A DNA stretch of 64,000 nt, from assembly GCA_040772485.1 (NCBI GenBank), contig JAXGYC010000008.1, positions 32,001 through 96,000 of the forward strand. Direction: 5' to 3'. Numbering within the stretch: the first letter of the stretch is position 1; the number at the start of each line of letters is the position of its first letter. This document shows, in pieces, positions 28,901 to 38,148 of this stretch. The position numbers and the translations under genes are program-made. The stretch is from Sedimentisphaerales bacterium. GTDB lineage: Bacteria > Planctomycetota > Phycisphaerae > Sedimentisphaerales > Anaerobacaceae. The notes beneath the pieces are model-generated. The model saw only the letters and a list, made by a program, of their open reading frames with translations, searched no databases and was not told the origin of the DNA.

Positions 28901-29327
28901 GGCATCCTGGACGGCCCATGCCGATCCTGGTGTGAAGTACTTCTCCGGCACGGCGACCTACACCAGGACGATCCAGGCGCCGCAGGGCTGGTTCCAGTCG
29001 GGCGCCCGACTCGCGTTGGACCTGGGGGCAGTCCACGACATCGCGGAGGTCTCCGTCAACGGTGAGCCGCCCGCCACGCTGTGGAAGCCGCCGTACCAGG
29101 TGGACGTGACCGACTCGCTCGAGCCGGGCGAGAACCGGCTGGAAATCAAAGTCACCAATCAGTGGACGAATCGCCAGATCGGAGACCGGCTGGTCCCGTC
29201 CGGCCAGAAAGTGCTGGCCGAGCCTGCCGGCGGCTTCGGGCCGATGGCCGGCTTCGGCGGCCCCCAAACCCCGGCCGAATCGGGATTGCTCGGTCCGGTC
29301 ACCGTGATCTCCACAATCAGTCAATGA
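25947..29327 (+). CDS. GH106 (alpha-L-rhamnosidase-like) secreted glycoside hydrolase
   Basis: RPRTWWHW, DLEWMKRVGIGG, GWSETGGPWV, DSWEAG, PMGEFW, AASAAHVYGK, YFSGTATY, SGLLGPV. Confidence 0.88.
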   Translation: MNEVRRAVLTLATIAGLSVVTAPASVYAGANDDSTPPPAGALERGFADPPDSARPRTWWHWTGGNVTKEGVTKDLEWMKRVGIGGCQLADVSFGFGQTIDEKIEFGSPKWLDAVRHAATEAQRLGLELAIFSSAGWSETGGPWVKPEQAMKKLVWSETTVEGPSATGGFAGKLPQPPSNSGPFQNQGAGGRSPQPDPTWYGDSAVIAFRTPAAEVDMVALSPKVTTSAGDIDPGPLFDDDWNSAATIRPPAEGAAAWLQIEFTRPFRVRAITIAGPAGIPVGRVLAGDDIVHLRTLVTLPGAQLYRQGRIRTFALPETTAKIYRIEMTAAPLGPGPTMSQEPTPPAKQYSLTEVRLHSGARVHRWEDKAGFSHLFEYETVPTPDVAADTVIRQTEVISLTSRMAPDGTLNWDVPAGKWTILRLGYSLTGAKNRPAPPSGSGYEADKLSAKHMEAYYHGYFDPIAKALGPLFGKSLQYVVMDSWEAGRQNWTEQMIDEFRKRRGYDPTPYLAILTGRVVESAEASDRFLWDFRRTLADLWADYHYGVMSDLLGKHGIGIYGEAAGVSLEIPEDTLMNKSKVAIPMGEFWVGKMHPPLMYYQDVRGAASAAHVYGKTLVATESYTGGGYETPYALKKVSDYWFAQGVNRIVFHTSAHQPLDTRPGNAMVGTHVHRNVTWAEQARPFMNHLARQSFLLQQGLFVADLAYLLDEGAPSTMPIWGAGLMPKPPEGYDFDYINADALLNRMSVDADGRLMLPDGMSYRVLVLPQTDKMRPELLHRIRDLVLGGATVVGPRPARSPSLAGRPESDRDVPELAAEVWGDLDGVSRTIRYVGKGRVVWGLPLEDVLASLNTPKDAEFRKALDADLAWIHRRTSDADIYYLANLTDAAQDVQARFRVSGKEAELWHPDTGQIEPASYRIVEDRTIVSLGLSPRESAFVVFRRAASSPTRTLPQRAATTLATVGGPWDVTFPANLGAPERIQLADLASWTAHADPGVKYFSGTATYTRTIQAPQGWFQSGARLALDLGAVHDIAEVSVNGEPPATLWKPPYQVDVTDSLEPGENRLEIKVTNQWTNRQIGDRLVPSGQKVLAEPAGGFGPMAGFGGPQTPAESGLLGPVTVISTISQ

Positions 29328-29349
29328 ACATCCTGAAAGGATCAGTGCG

Positions 29350-30642
29350 ATGAGAACTGTCGGTTGCTGTCTGGTCTTGTTGTTCGTCTGGAGCGCTGCC
29401 GAGGCGCAGATCGCGGACTCGCCCGATGAGAGCGTGGCGGGCATCCCGGTCAACTACACGGAGGCGAAGGTCGGGTCCGCTGCAGGCGGACTGCCGGACG
29501 CGCTGCAGCTCGCCGACGGCCGGCCCGTGCGCGATGCCGCCACCTGGTTCGAGAAACGCCGACCCGAGATCGTCAGGCTCTTCGAGGAGAACCAGTACGG
29601 CCGCAGTCCGGGCCGTCCGGCCGACATGAGCTTCGACGTGTTCGACAAGGCCGGGCGGGCGTTCGGTGGAAAGGCGATTCGCCGACAGGTGACGATCTAC
29701 TTCTCCAAGGACAAGGCCGGCCCCCAGATGGACCTGCTGATCTATCTGCCCGCCGGCGCGGCCAAGCCCGCCCCGCTGCTGTTGAATCTGGGCTTTGCCG
29801 GCAACAACACCATGGTGAACGATCCCAATGTGAAGGTCGGCACGTTCTGGGACCGGCGTCAGAACAAGCGGGTGCCCGCCACCAGAGGCTTCGGATTCAT
29901 GGACGTGATGCCGCTGCTGGAGAAAGGGTTCGGCTTCGCCACCTTCAACTACAGTGACGTCGACCCCGATGCGCCGGGCGCGGTCGCCTATGGCGTGCGG
30001 AAGCTGTATCTGAAAGAAGGGCAGACCGAACCCGCGCCGGACGAGTGGGGTTCCATCGCCGCCTGGGCGTGGGGCATGAGCCGGGCCATGGATTACTTCG
30101 AGACGGACGAAGACATCGACGCCAAACGCGTGGCGGTCACGGGCGTGTCGCGTCTTGGCAAGACGGTGCTGTGGGCAGGCGCGCACGATACGCGCATCGC
30201 AATGGTGATCGCCAGTTGTTCGGGCGAGGGCGGCGCAGCGCTGAGCCGGCGCAACTACGGCGAGACCATCGGCCATCTGGCCGCCCCGACGCGATACGCC
30301 TATCAGTTCTGCGCCAACTATGGGAAATGGGCGGACAAGGTCGCCGAATTCCCGGTCGATGCGCACATGCTCATCGCGCTGATCGCGCCGCGTCCGGTGC
30401 TTTTGCAGACGGGCAACACCGACAAATGGTCGGACCCCTATGGCGAATTCCTGGCAGCCGTTGCCGCCGGCCCGGTTTACGAATTGCTCGGCAAACAGGG
30501 ACTGGGCACGGACAGGATGCCCGCCGCCGGGGAGCCCATCCTGCACACGATCGGCTACTTCATGCACGACGGCGGCCACGGCCCATCTCCGGCGGACTGG
30601 CCCGTGTTCATGCAATTCATGCAGATGCACTTGCAGCCGTGA
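29350..30642 (+). CDS. CE15-like carbohydrate (glucuronoyl) esterase, secreted
   Basis: WGSIAAWAWGMSRAMDY, nucleophile motif GVSRLGK, SGEGG, DAHMLIALIAPRP, GGHG. Confidence 0.85.
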   Translation: MRTVGCCLVLLFVWSAAEAQIADSPDESVAGIPVNYTEAKVGSAAGGLPDALQLADGRPVRDAATWFEKRRPEIVRLFEENQYGRSPGRPADMSFDVFDKAGRAFGGKAIRRQVTIYFSKDKAGPQMDLLIYLPAGAAKPAPLLLNLGFAGNNTMVNDPNVKVGTFWDRRQNKRVPATRGFGFMDVMPLLEKGFGFATFNYSDVDPDAPGAVAYGVRKLYLKEGQTEPAPDEWGSIAAWAWGMSRAMDYFETDEDIDAKRVAVTGVSRLGKTVLWAGAHDTRIAMVIASCSGEGGAALSRRNYGETIGHLAAPTRYAYQFCANYGKWADKVAEFPVDAHMLIALIAPRPVLLQTGNTDKWSDPYGEFLAAVAAGPVYELLGKQGLGTDRMPAAGEPILHTIGYFMHDGGHGPSPADWPVFMQFMQMHLQP

Positions 30643-30645
30643 GGT

Positions 30646-30763
30646 GTTCGCAGTGTGCCCGTGAGAGCCTGCCCCTTCAACTGCGTTCAGGGCAGGCTCT
30701 GAGCGAAGCCGAAGGGGCATACCTTCGATGAAACAGGTAACGCCTTACGGCGTCACTACAAAC
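30646..30763. repeat. REP doublet with two nested 25-bp inserts between convergent genes
   Basis: GTTCGCAGTGTGCCCGTGAG[30666-30715 insert]GGCATAC ... GTAACGCCTTACGGCGTCACTACAAAC. Confidence 0.8.
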
Positions 30764-30781
30764 CGTGGCGGCGAGGACGCC

Positions 30782-33736
30782 TCAGAACGGGATCGCCAGC
30801 GGTTTGGTCCGGCCGGCCAGTCCGGCCACTTCGGCGGCCGAAAGGGCTCGCTGATAGATATAGATTTCGTCGATGTCCCCGGTGAGCCAGTTTTCGGTGG
30901 CGTCGAAGATCCCGCCGCCGCCGATGTTGACGGGAAAGGTGGACGAACCGTAGGTGTCGGTAATCGCCGTGCCGCCGGAAACCGCCGCCCGACCGTCCAG
31001 ATAGATCGTCACCACCGTGCCGTTGCCCACCGCGACGATGTGATGCCAGTCGGCGGTGGCATCGTAAGGCCAGGCCAGGTTGACGGCACCGCTGGCAGCG
31101 CTCCAAATCTGGATATTATTGCCGGCGGAAATCCCATACTCGATGCAATCGTTCTGGCCCACCAACCCGCTGCGGTTCGCCTGAGAAAGGTCTCCCTTCA
31201 GCCAGCAGGCAATCGTGAATTCCGTCAGGTCATTGAGCAGGCTCTTGCCGGTAGTGACATAATCGCGGCCGGCGTGGAAACTCAGAGCACTGCCGGAGAC
31301 GCCGGTAATCCAGGCAGGACTGCCCTCGATCGTGCCGTGGTTGCCGCTGCCGGCCGAATCGTTCGCGGCGTGGCCCGACCCCTCGTCCAGCGCATAGTAG
31401 AGCACCAGATTCGCCGGGTCCGGCTCGATGGGTGTGATGAATTCGGGCGTCCCGGGATACAGCCGGAGGTCGTCGATGTATACGACGCCGGCGGCGTCGG
31501 CTCCTTCAACGCCGATGGTTAATTCGGTGACACGGCTGACGTCCTCGCCGACGCTCGATAGATCGATGTTCCACGGCTGCCACGTGGATTTATTGATGTC
31601 GGCGGCATCGCCACCGTACTCGACCCTGGTCCCGTTGATCTTGAGATACAGGCGCCCGTCGTTGCCCTGGGCGCCGCGGAAGTACAACGAAAGGCTCTGG
31701 ATGCCGTTGGGCGTCCAATCCTGCGGGGCGTCGAACGTGCGGACCGCCTCGGCCACCGCCACACCCGCATTGTCGTAGAACAGCGGCATGGCCTGGCTGC
31801 CGCTGTGGACGATGGCCCTCTCGGCGAAGGGCGCGTCGAGATGTCCGACCGTCGAGCCGGTCTGGTTCTCCCAGCCGTCGACCCACGTCTCGAAGATGCG
31901 GCTGCCTTCATCATCCGTATACGCCTCAAAATCGTCGACGACCAGAAACTCCTGGGTCGTGAAGCTCCAGACCGGGCCGGACCACGTGCCGGCAGGGTCG
32001 GCCTCATCGACCTCGTCGATCCTCCAAAAATAGGTGGTCGCCAGATGGAGGTCCGCCGGCGTGTAGCTCGCGTCCGTGACGGTGTCGGCCAGAGCGGCGC
32101 CCTCGGCCACCGCCGCTTCGTCGGCGCTGAGGTGGACCTGGTGCATGGCCGCCCCGCGACCGGCCCGCCAACGGAGCGTCGCGTTCACCGCCACGTCCGC
32201 AGCGCCGTCGGCCGGCCGCGGCTCACGAGCCACCACCGGAACGAACAGGAAGCGGACCTCGCTGAGGCCATACTGGCCCAGCAGGCCGTACCCGCTGCGT
32301 ATGACGATCTTGACGAATCGGGCAGCGATGCCTCCGAGGTCAAGAGTCGTGTTGGCTGAGTAATCGCTCCTGGCAGTGGCCTGGGCGAATTGCACGTCGC
32401 CCCAGACCGTCCAGTCCGCGCCGTTCTCGGAATACTCGATCGTGACGTCTTTGAGCCCGAAGCCCAGGAGCGGCTCAAACGGCACGTTGTAGTTCCACAC
32501 CAGCATCTCGTGCAGCTTGTACACGTTGTCAAACTCGTATTGGATGTACACCGTCTCGGCGCTGGGCCCGACCAGCCACATGTCCGTGGTCTCGATCGAG
32601 TGCTTGTCGTCGGCGTTCAATCCGGAGCCGTTGACGGTATTCTCCGGCCCCTGCCCTTCGCCGGAGGCCGCGTTGCTCGTGGCGATGATGTTGCGAATCG
32701 GATACGCGAACGGCTCGACCGTGAAACTCCAGACGTTTCCTTTGAACGCGGTGTAGTCCGGGGCGCCGTTGACTTCATCGATCCGCCAGAAGTAGGTGGC
32801 CCCATACGTCAGAACGTCACTGGGCGTGTAGGTCGTTTCCGTCTGGCCCTGGCTGGCCAGCACCCCCAGAGACGCCGCAGCGCTGGCCGCATTGACATCC
32901 GCCCAACTCGTGCCGAAGTAGACGTCGTGGGTCACCGCCGTGTCCGTCGCCGTCCAGCTCAGGCTCGTGTCCCGCGCCACATCGGTGGCTCCGTCAGCGG
33001 GGATCGGAGACGTGGCCTTCGAAGAGGTGAGCCCTCTCATAACGTCTGTGATTTCCTCGACCGTCAGAGCGACATCGAACAGGGCGACTTCGTCGAGCAC
33101 GCCGCTGAAGAACTCGCTCGGCACACCGCCGGTCCACTGTGCGCCGATGAGAACCGGCGTCACGGTATCGGTATTCTGAGCGCCTCGCGCCTGTTCGGCA
33201 TCCGGAACGCCGTTCACGTAGATCCTCATTGTCGCCCCGTCGTAGGTCACCGCGACATGCCCGAACTCGTCGTTGGGCAGCGTCAGGCTGCCGGAATAGG
33301 ACCAGGGCTCGACTTCGCGATGGAAGGAGACGGTGCCGCCCCCGCCGATGCGGAGGATATAAGCGCCGATGACACCCGCGTTGAACTTGCTCATGACGGT
33401 GCCGCCGCCCCGGTTCTTGACCCAGGCCGTGATGCTGAACGGCGCGGTTCCGCCGAAGGCCAGGTTCGCGCTGGATTCGCGAATCTCCAGATAACTGGCG
33501 CCGCTGAACTCCAGAGCCGAGCCGTGGCGTCCCCCCACCCATGCCGGACTTGCCTTCAGATCGGCGTCGTAACCATGCCCCGAACTGTCTTTGGCAAGGC
33601 TGCCCGAGCCTTCGTCAAAGAGCCAGACCCCGACGATGGCATCGGGGTCCACCTGGGCGTTCCCTGGAGACAAGCACAGCAGACAGACGACGGCAAACAC
33701 AGCGTACACGGTTGATGATCTTCTCGCAGTAGCCAT
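30782..33736 (-). CDS. Large secreted LamG + Ig-like + discoidin-like multidomain protein
   Basis: Signal peptide; VGVWLFDEGSG, HVAVTYDG, LDEVALFDVALT; HDVYFG/YFWRIDE repeats; C-terminal LamG (YYALDEGSG...DEIYIYQRALS); SD AGGAGG. Confidence 0.85.
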   Translation of the reverse strand: MATARRSSTVYAVFAVVCLLCLSPGNAQVDPDAIVGVWLFDEGSGSLAKDSSGHGYDADLKASPAWVGGRHGSALEFSGASYLEIRESSANLAFGGTAPFSITAWVKNRGGGTVMSKFNAGVIGAYILRIGGGGTVSFHREVEPWSYSGSLTLPNDEFGHVAVTYDGATMRIYVNGVPDAEQARGAQNTDTVTPVLIGAQWTGGVPSEFFSGVLDEVALFDVALTVEEITDVMRGLTSSKATSPIPADGATDVARDTSLSWTATDTAVTHDVYFGTSWADVNAASAAASLGVLASQGQTETTYTPSDVLTYGATYFWRIDEVNGAPDYTAFKGNVWSFTVEPFAYPIRNIIATSNAASGEGQGPENTVNGSGLNADDKHSIETTDMWLVGPSAETVYIQYEFDNVYKLHEMLVWNYNVPFEPLLGFGLKDVTIEYSENGADWTVWGDVQFAQATARSDYSANTTLDLGGIAARFVKIVIRSGYGLLGQYGLSEVRFLFVPVVAREPRPADGAADVAVNATLRWRAGRGAAMHQVHLSADEAAVAEGAALADTVTDASYTPADLHLATTYFWRIDEVDEADPAGTWSGPVWSFTTQEFLVVDDFEAYTDDEGSRIFETWVDGWENQTGSTVGHLDAPFAERAIVHSGSQAMPLFYDNAGVAVAEAVRTFDAPQDWTPNGIQSLSLYFRGAQGNDGRLYLKINGTRVEYGGDAADINKSTWQPWNIDLSSVGEDVSRVTELTIGVEGADAAGVVYIDDLRLYPGTPEFITPIEPDPANLVLYYALDEGSGHAANDSAGSGNHGTIEGSPAWITGVSGSALSFHAGRDYVTTGKSLLNDLTEFTIACWLKGDLSQANRSGLVGQNDCIEYGISAGNNIQIWSAASGAVNLAWPYDATADWHHIVAVGNGTVVTIYLDGRAAVSGGTAITDTYGSSTFPVNIGGGGIFDATENWLTGDIDEIYIYQRALSAAEVAGLAGRTKPLAIPF

Positions 33737-33988
33737 GGCCAAATCCTCCTATCGCACCTCAGCCCGGAATCCCCCACGTGCCTTCACAGATCTATCCTCG
33801 GCACCTCCTCCATCATATCAGAATCCACGTGCGAATCTCAACATATCCCCCATCCATTTCAGCGTCATTGCCCGGCACAGTGCCCAGGGTGTGCAACGCA
33901 CACCGATCCCATCGGGAGGACGAAGGTGTGCAATCGCACACCCACAGAGCTATCTCTTTACCCTACAGACACTTAAGTCCAGAGGCGA

Positions 33989-34063
33989 GTGGCAGCCGCA
34001 AGTCCCCAGGACTTGGGGGTGGTTTCTATCAGCAAACCATCCCCCAAGCTGCGAGGCTGCCAC
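33989..34063. repeat. Long imperfect hairpin/REP-like doublet in the divergent intergenic region
   Basis: GTGGCAGCC...TTGGGGGTGGTTT-loop-AAACCATCCCCCAA...GGCTGCCAC with inner AAGTCC-CCA-GGACTT. Confidence 0.55.
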
Positions 34064-34174
34064 CCTGCCGCGCTTTGCCGGTTTCGGGAAGGGCAAACTG
34101 GACAACAAAGACCTGTGAGTGTAAACTGTCAGTAGCCGCTTTCGTCCATGAGGTCTCTTTTGACGAGGTGCAGC

Positions 34175-34954
34175 ATGACAGCCGCAAGACGTGCCTTCAC
34201 ACTGATCGAGCTTCTCGTGGTCGTGGCCATCATCGCCCTGCTCATGTCTATCCTGATGCCCAGCTTGCACCGGGCCCGCAAGCAGGCTCGTGCCGTCGCC
34301 TGTCTGTCCAACCTCAAGCAATGGAGCTACATCTGGCACATGTACACCGAGGACAGCAACGGCAAATTCAACACCGGTGGCACAACCGGCGGGGACGCGG
34401 CGAATGACTGGCTCGTCATCCTGATGCCCTACTACCAGGACCGAGGGAAGTTGACCATCTGTCCGGCCGCCACGCGCCCGATGGTCATACCCGGTCCCTT
34501 TGCCACGCGGGCCTGGTCCTGGGACCGGCAGGGCTGGGGCAACCTCAAAGAAAAGGAGACCGTCGATATCGGCAGCTACGGCCAGAACGAATGGATCTGC
34601 GACCGCAGCGCCGCCGAGTACTGGAGGGACCGCAACACGATCAAGGACCCGGCGAACGTGCCGCTGTTCTTCGATTGCGCGTATGTGGACGTGTTTCCGA
34701 CCGCCAATTCCGGCCCGCCGGCGATCGAGGGAGATGTCTCCGGCCTCAATGAGTGGGCCCTCGTCTGCATGGACCGCCACTCGGGGTACGTGAACTATCT
34801 CTTTGCCGATCTGAGCACCCGCAAGGTCGGGCTCAAGGAGTTGTGGACCTTCAAATGGACCCGCACGTTCAATACGTCCAACGCATGGACCACGGCCGGC
34901 GGCGTCAGGCCCGATGACTGGCCCGCCTGGATGAGGGCCTTCAAGGACTACTGA
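34175..34954 (+). CDS. Prepilin-type N-terminal cleavage/methylation protein (planctomycete DUF1559/H-X9-DG class)
   Basis: RRAFTLIELLVVVAIIALLMSILMPSL..AR..A....C.SNLKQ; ICPAA; SYGQN; C-terminal RHSGYVNYLFADLS (H-X9-DL variant). Confidence 0.9.
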   Translation: MTAARRAFTLIELLVVVAIIALLMSILMPSLHRARKQARAVACLSNLKQWSYIWHMYTEDSNGKFNTGGTTGGDAANDWLVILMPYYQDRGKLTICPAATRPMVIPGPFATRAWSWDRQGWGNLKEKETVDIGSYGQNEWICDRSAAEYWRDRNTIKDPANVPLFFDCAYVDVFPTANSGPPAIEGDVSGLNEWALVCMDRHSGYVNYLFADLSTRKVGLKELWTFKWTRTFNTSNAWTTAGGVRPDDWPAWMRAFKDY

Positions 34955-35373
34955 GCGTCCGCGCCGTTCGACCCGGAGGCTCATGCAGACACGATCCCAG
35001 GTTGACAGGTCTTTTGCCTTGACGGGAGGGTGCACGGCGCGGTATCTGGAATTCGCGAAGCTTGTGCGCGCGACGTCGGCCATTCGTAATCGGTGATCAT
35101 CCGGCCGACGCAGGTGTCGGAGTCTTTCGATGAGGAGGAATCAGGCCATGTCCTGCGAGGCGCCGAGTCGGGAGGGGCGACTCTTTGTCTCGCAGTTCAG
35201 CTATACCCATCTCAACTGATGGCTCGCCTTGTTTTCGGGAAGGAAGGAGGTGCGGTCCTACACAACTGTCCTGGGCAACAGTGGAGCAATCGCGGAATTC
35301 GGTATCCGTTGCTTTGGCGTGTAGCCAAGGCACAAATCGCAATTCAGGTGACCTTTCGGGGAGGAATACTGTC

Positions 35374-38022
35374 ATGTGTAAGAGATGGCTTTGTCTGGCT
35401 TCGTTTGCTCTGGTCCTTGGTCTGGCGTTTGCCGGCGGGACAAAGGCGGCCGATCCCAACCTTGTGGGATGGTGGCCCTTGGATGAAGGCGCTGGGGAGA
35501 CGGTCGTCGATCTGTCCGGCAGCGGCGGCGACGGCACGATCATCAACCCCAACGGCGGTATGGGACCGGACGGCTCGGTCTGGGTCGAAGACCCCGAACG
35601 CGGCATAGTCCTGAGCTTCAATGGCGTCAACGGCACCGGGGCCTGCGTCACTACCGGCGTGACGATCCCGGCCATGGACCTGACGACTGACTTCACGTGG
35701 ATGTTCTGGTGCAAGCAGGATGCGAGCCAGGGGTTCACTTCGGCGACCGGGGGCAATGACGTCATACTGGGCAACCGCTATGGCGGGACGGCCGCGCCGC
35801 TGCAATTCGTCAAGTTCACCCCGACGAATTTCGAGTTCTACAACGGCGATAACACCAACTTCATCACCTATCCGGAGGTGATGCCGTCCAGCGTATGGGT
35901 CCACAACGTGACCGTGAAGGACGGGGACAAGCTCACCTACTATCGCGACGGCTTCGAGGTGCGCTCGATCACGCTCACCAAGACAGTGGACGCCAACCCC
36001 TTCTACATGGGCGCCGATGGCTTCAGCGGCGTGCAGGAGGCCTGGTGCGGCTATCTGAGCGACGTGCGGATCTACAACAAGGCCGTGACGAGACTCGAAA
36101 TCCTGGCGGTCATCGCGGGCGTCGAACAGATCGACATGGAAGTCGGCTTTGCCATGGTGCCTCCCGTCATGGACGGCGAGGTCGATGCCATCTGGTCGGT
36201 CGCCTCGACGCAGTCTTTCGTTCCTCTGGCCGATCCGGCCAACGCCTCCGGCACCTGGAAGGTGTTGTATGACGCGGAGAATCTCTACGTTCTCCTGGAT
36301 GTCACCGACGACAGTCTGCAGAACGATTCGGCCGCAGCCTGGCAGGACGACAGCGTCGAGGTCTACTTCGACGGCGGCAACACCAAGCTGAGCACCCCGC
36401 TGGCAGGAGACGACCACCAGTATACGTTCGGGTGGACCGCAGACGACGTACAGGGAACCAACATTACAGGATACACCGAAGGCATTGAACAGGCTCAGGT
36501 AACCACGGCAACCGGCTGGCGCATCGAAATAAAGCTGCCCTGGCTGTCGATCCAGGGCGCAGCGCCGCAGGCGAGTGACTTGATCGGCATTGACTGCTAC
36601 TACAATGATGACGATGACGGCGGTGATACACGCGAAGGCAAGATGCTCTCCTTCTCCGCCACAGAGGGCTGGAATGACGCCTCTCAGTGGGCTACGGCTA
36701 TCCTGGCGGTCCCGCCGACTCCGGTGGACCCGGGCGTCGAGGGCCTGGTGGCCTACTACCCGCTGGACGCCGATGCCAGCGATGCGTCGGGCAACGGCCT
36801 GGACGGGGTCGTGATGGGCGAAACCCAACCGACCGATGGGGCCTCCGGCGGCGCGATGCTGTTCGACGGGGACGGTGACTACATCGAAGTGGCACACAAT
36901 GCCCTGCTCGACATCACCGGTCCGATCTCGCTGTCGCTGTGGATTCGCCCGGACGCCGAGGACCCGGAGGGCCAGGGCACCGAAACCGCGCCGATGGCCA
37001 AGGCCGGCAGCACCGCCAGTCCGCCTTGGAGCTGGCAGGTTCGTTACGGCTGGGGCAGCCCGAAACCCTACATGGCCTTCACGTTCAACACCTCGCCGCG
37101 CGCCTGGGCCTATGTCAACCAGAACCTGGCGCAGGGTGAGTGGCATCACATCGCCTGCTCGGCCGACGGCCAGACGCTGACGGCCTATCTCAACGGCCTG
37201 GCCACCGAATCGACGCCCATGGGCGCGATCACCAGCAGCCCGACGCCGGTGCTCATCGGCACGGATGGCTGGAGTTGCGACTGGATCGGCGCGATCGACG
37301 AGGTCGCCATCTACAACAGGGCCCTGTCGGCCGAAGAGATGCTGTACCTGGCCGGCTTCCGTGCCGATGCCGGAGAAGACCCGTCTCTGAGTATCTACTA
37401 CTCCTTCGACGAGGTCGGCGCGATCGTGCCCGATGAATCCGGCAACGGCAATGACGGCGCAGTCGTTGGCGACGTCACCGGTGCGGCAGAAGGCGCAGTC
37501 AACGGCGGCGCGAAATTCGCCAACGCCGGCTACCTCGACCTCGATGGTCCGAACGTCGCGGCCGAGGACATTCCCACCTCCGCCATGACGCTCGCCGCCT
37601 GGATGAAGTGTGAGAACACGGGCGATCATCACGCCGTGTTCAACGCCAGGGCGTCCGACCAGACGTGGGTGGTTCACCCCGAGGCCCGCAGCAACGGCGA
37701 GTTCCGATGGCTGCTGCGCTCCTATGGCGGCACGACGATGTTCGACATGAAGGCAGGCGCCGTGACGTGGGGTGAGTGGCTGCACTTCGCCGGCACTTAC
37801 GACAAGGCGTCGGCCAAGGCCGCCTTATGTGTGAATGGCGAACTGGTCTCCGAAGTCGACGTGGCAAGCCCAGCAGACATCGCCGGAGACTGGGGCATGG
37901 GCGCTCGTGTGGGCAAGAACATCGACGACGCGCGGCCCTTCACAGGGCTCATGGACGAGTTCCGCCTGTACACGCGGGCGCTGTCACAAGAGGAGATCGT
38001 GGATCTGATGGCAGGGATGTAA
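35374..38022 (+). CDS. Secreted protein with three LamG domains and a CBM9-like sugar-binding domain
   Basis: DPNLVGWWPLDEG; PVMDGEVDAIW...YDAENLYVLLDVTDD...DSVEVYFDG...IEIKLPW (CBM9-like); LVAYYPLD; YYSFDE...DEFRLYTRALS. Confidence 0.85.
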   Translation: MCKRWLCLASFALVLGLAFAGGTKAADPNLVGWWPLDEGAGETVVDLSGSGGDGTIINPNGGMGPDGSVWVEDPERGIVLSFNGVNGTGACVTTGVTIPAMDLTTDFTWMFWCKQDASQGFTSATGGNDVILGNRYGGTAAPLQFVKFTPTNFEFYNGDNTNFITYPEVMPSSVWVHNVTVKDGDKLTYYRDGFEVRSITLTKTVDANPFYMGADGFSGVQEAWCGYLSDVRIYNKAVTRLEILAVIAGVEQIDMEVGFAMVPPVMDGEVDAIWSVASTQSFVPLADPANASGTWKVLYDAENLYVLLDVTDDSLQNDSAAAWQDDSVEVYFDGGNTKLSTPLAGDDHQYTFGWTADDVQGTNITGYTEGIEQAQVTTATGWRIEIKLPWLSIQGAAPQASDLIGIDCYYNDDDDGGDTREGKMLSFSATEGWNDASQWATAILAVPPTPVDPGVEGLVAYYPLDADASDASGNGLDGVVMGETQPTDGASGGAMLFDGDGDYIEVAHNALLDITGPISLSLWIRPDAEDPEGQGTETAPMAKAGSTASPPWSWQVRYGWGSPKPYMAFTFNTSPRAWAYVNQNLAQGEWHHIACSADGQTLTAYLNGLATESTPMGAITSSPTPVLIGTDGWSCDWIGAIDEVAIYNRALSAEEMLYLAGFRADAGEDPSLSIYYSFDEVGAIVPDESGNGNDGAVVGDVTGAAEGAVNGGAKFANAGYLDLDGPNVAAEDIPTSAMTLAAWMKCENTGDHHAVFNARASDQTWVVHPEARSNGEFRWLLRSYGGTTMFDMKAGAVTWGEWLHFAGTYDKASAKAALCVNGELVSEVDVASPADIAGDWGMGARVGKNIDDARPFTGLMDEFRLYTRALSQEEIVDLMAGM

Positions 38023-38085
38023 CACCTCGTCCAGCGCAGGTCACGAAGCGCATGCCTGCGCCGGCCAACGACTCTATGTCGTTCC

Positions 38086-38124
38086 GAGGCCCACGCTGAT
38101 TCGCTCAGTGTGGGCCTCTTTTCT
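38086..38124 (+). terminator. Rho-independent terminator
   Basis: GAGGCCCACGCTGA-TTCGC-TCAGTGTGGGCCTC followed by TTTTCT. Confidence 0.8.
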
Positions 38125-38148
38125 ATGCGCCGCACGTGCGGCGAGCAC

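Noticed and set aside
34085..34145. c-di-GMP-I riboswitch-like GGGCAAAC...CAAAG upstream of the prepilin gene
   Set aside because: No GNRA-capped stem between GGCAAAC and the CAAAG-like segment; the spacing is too short.
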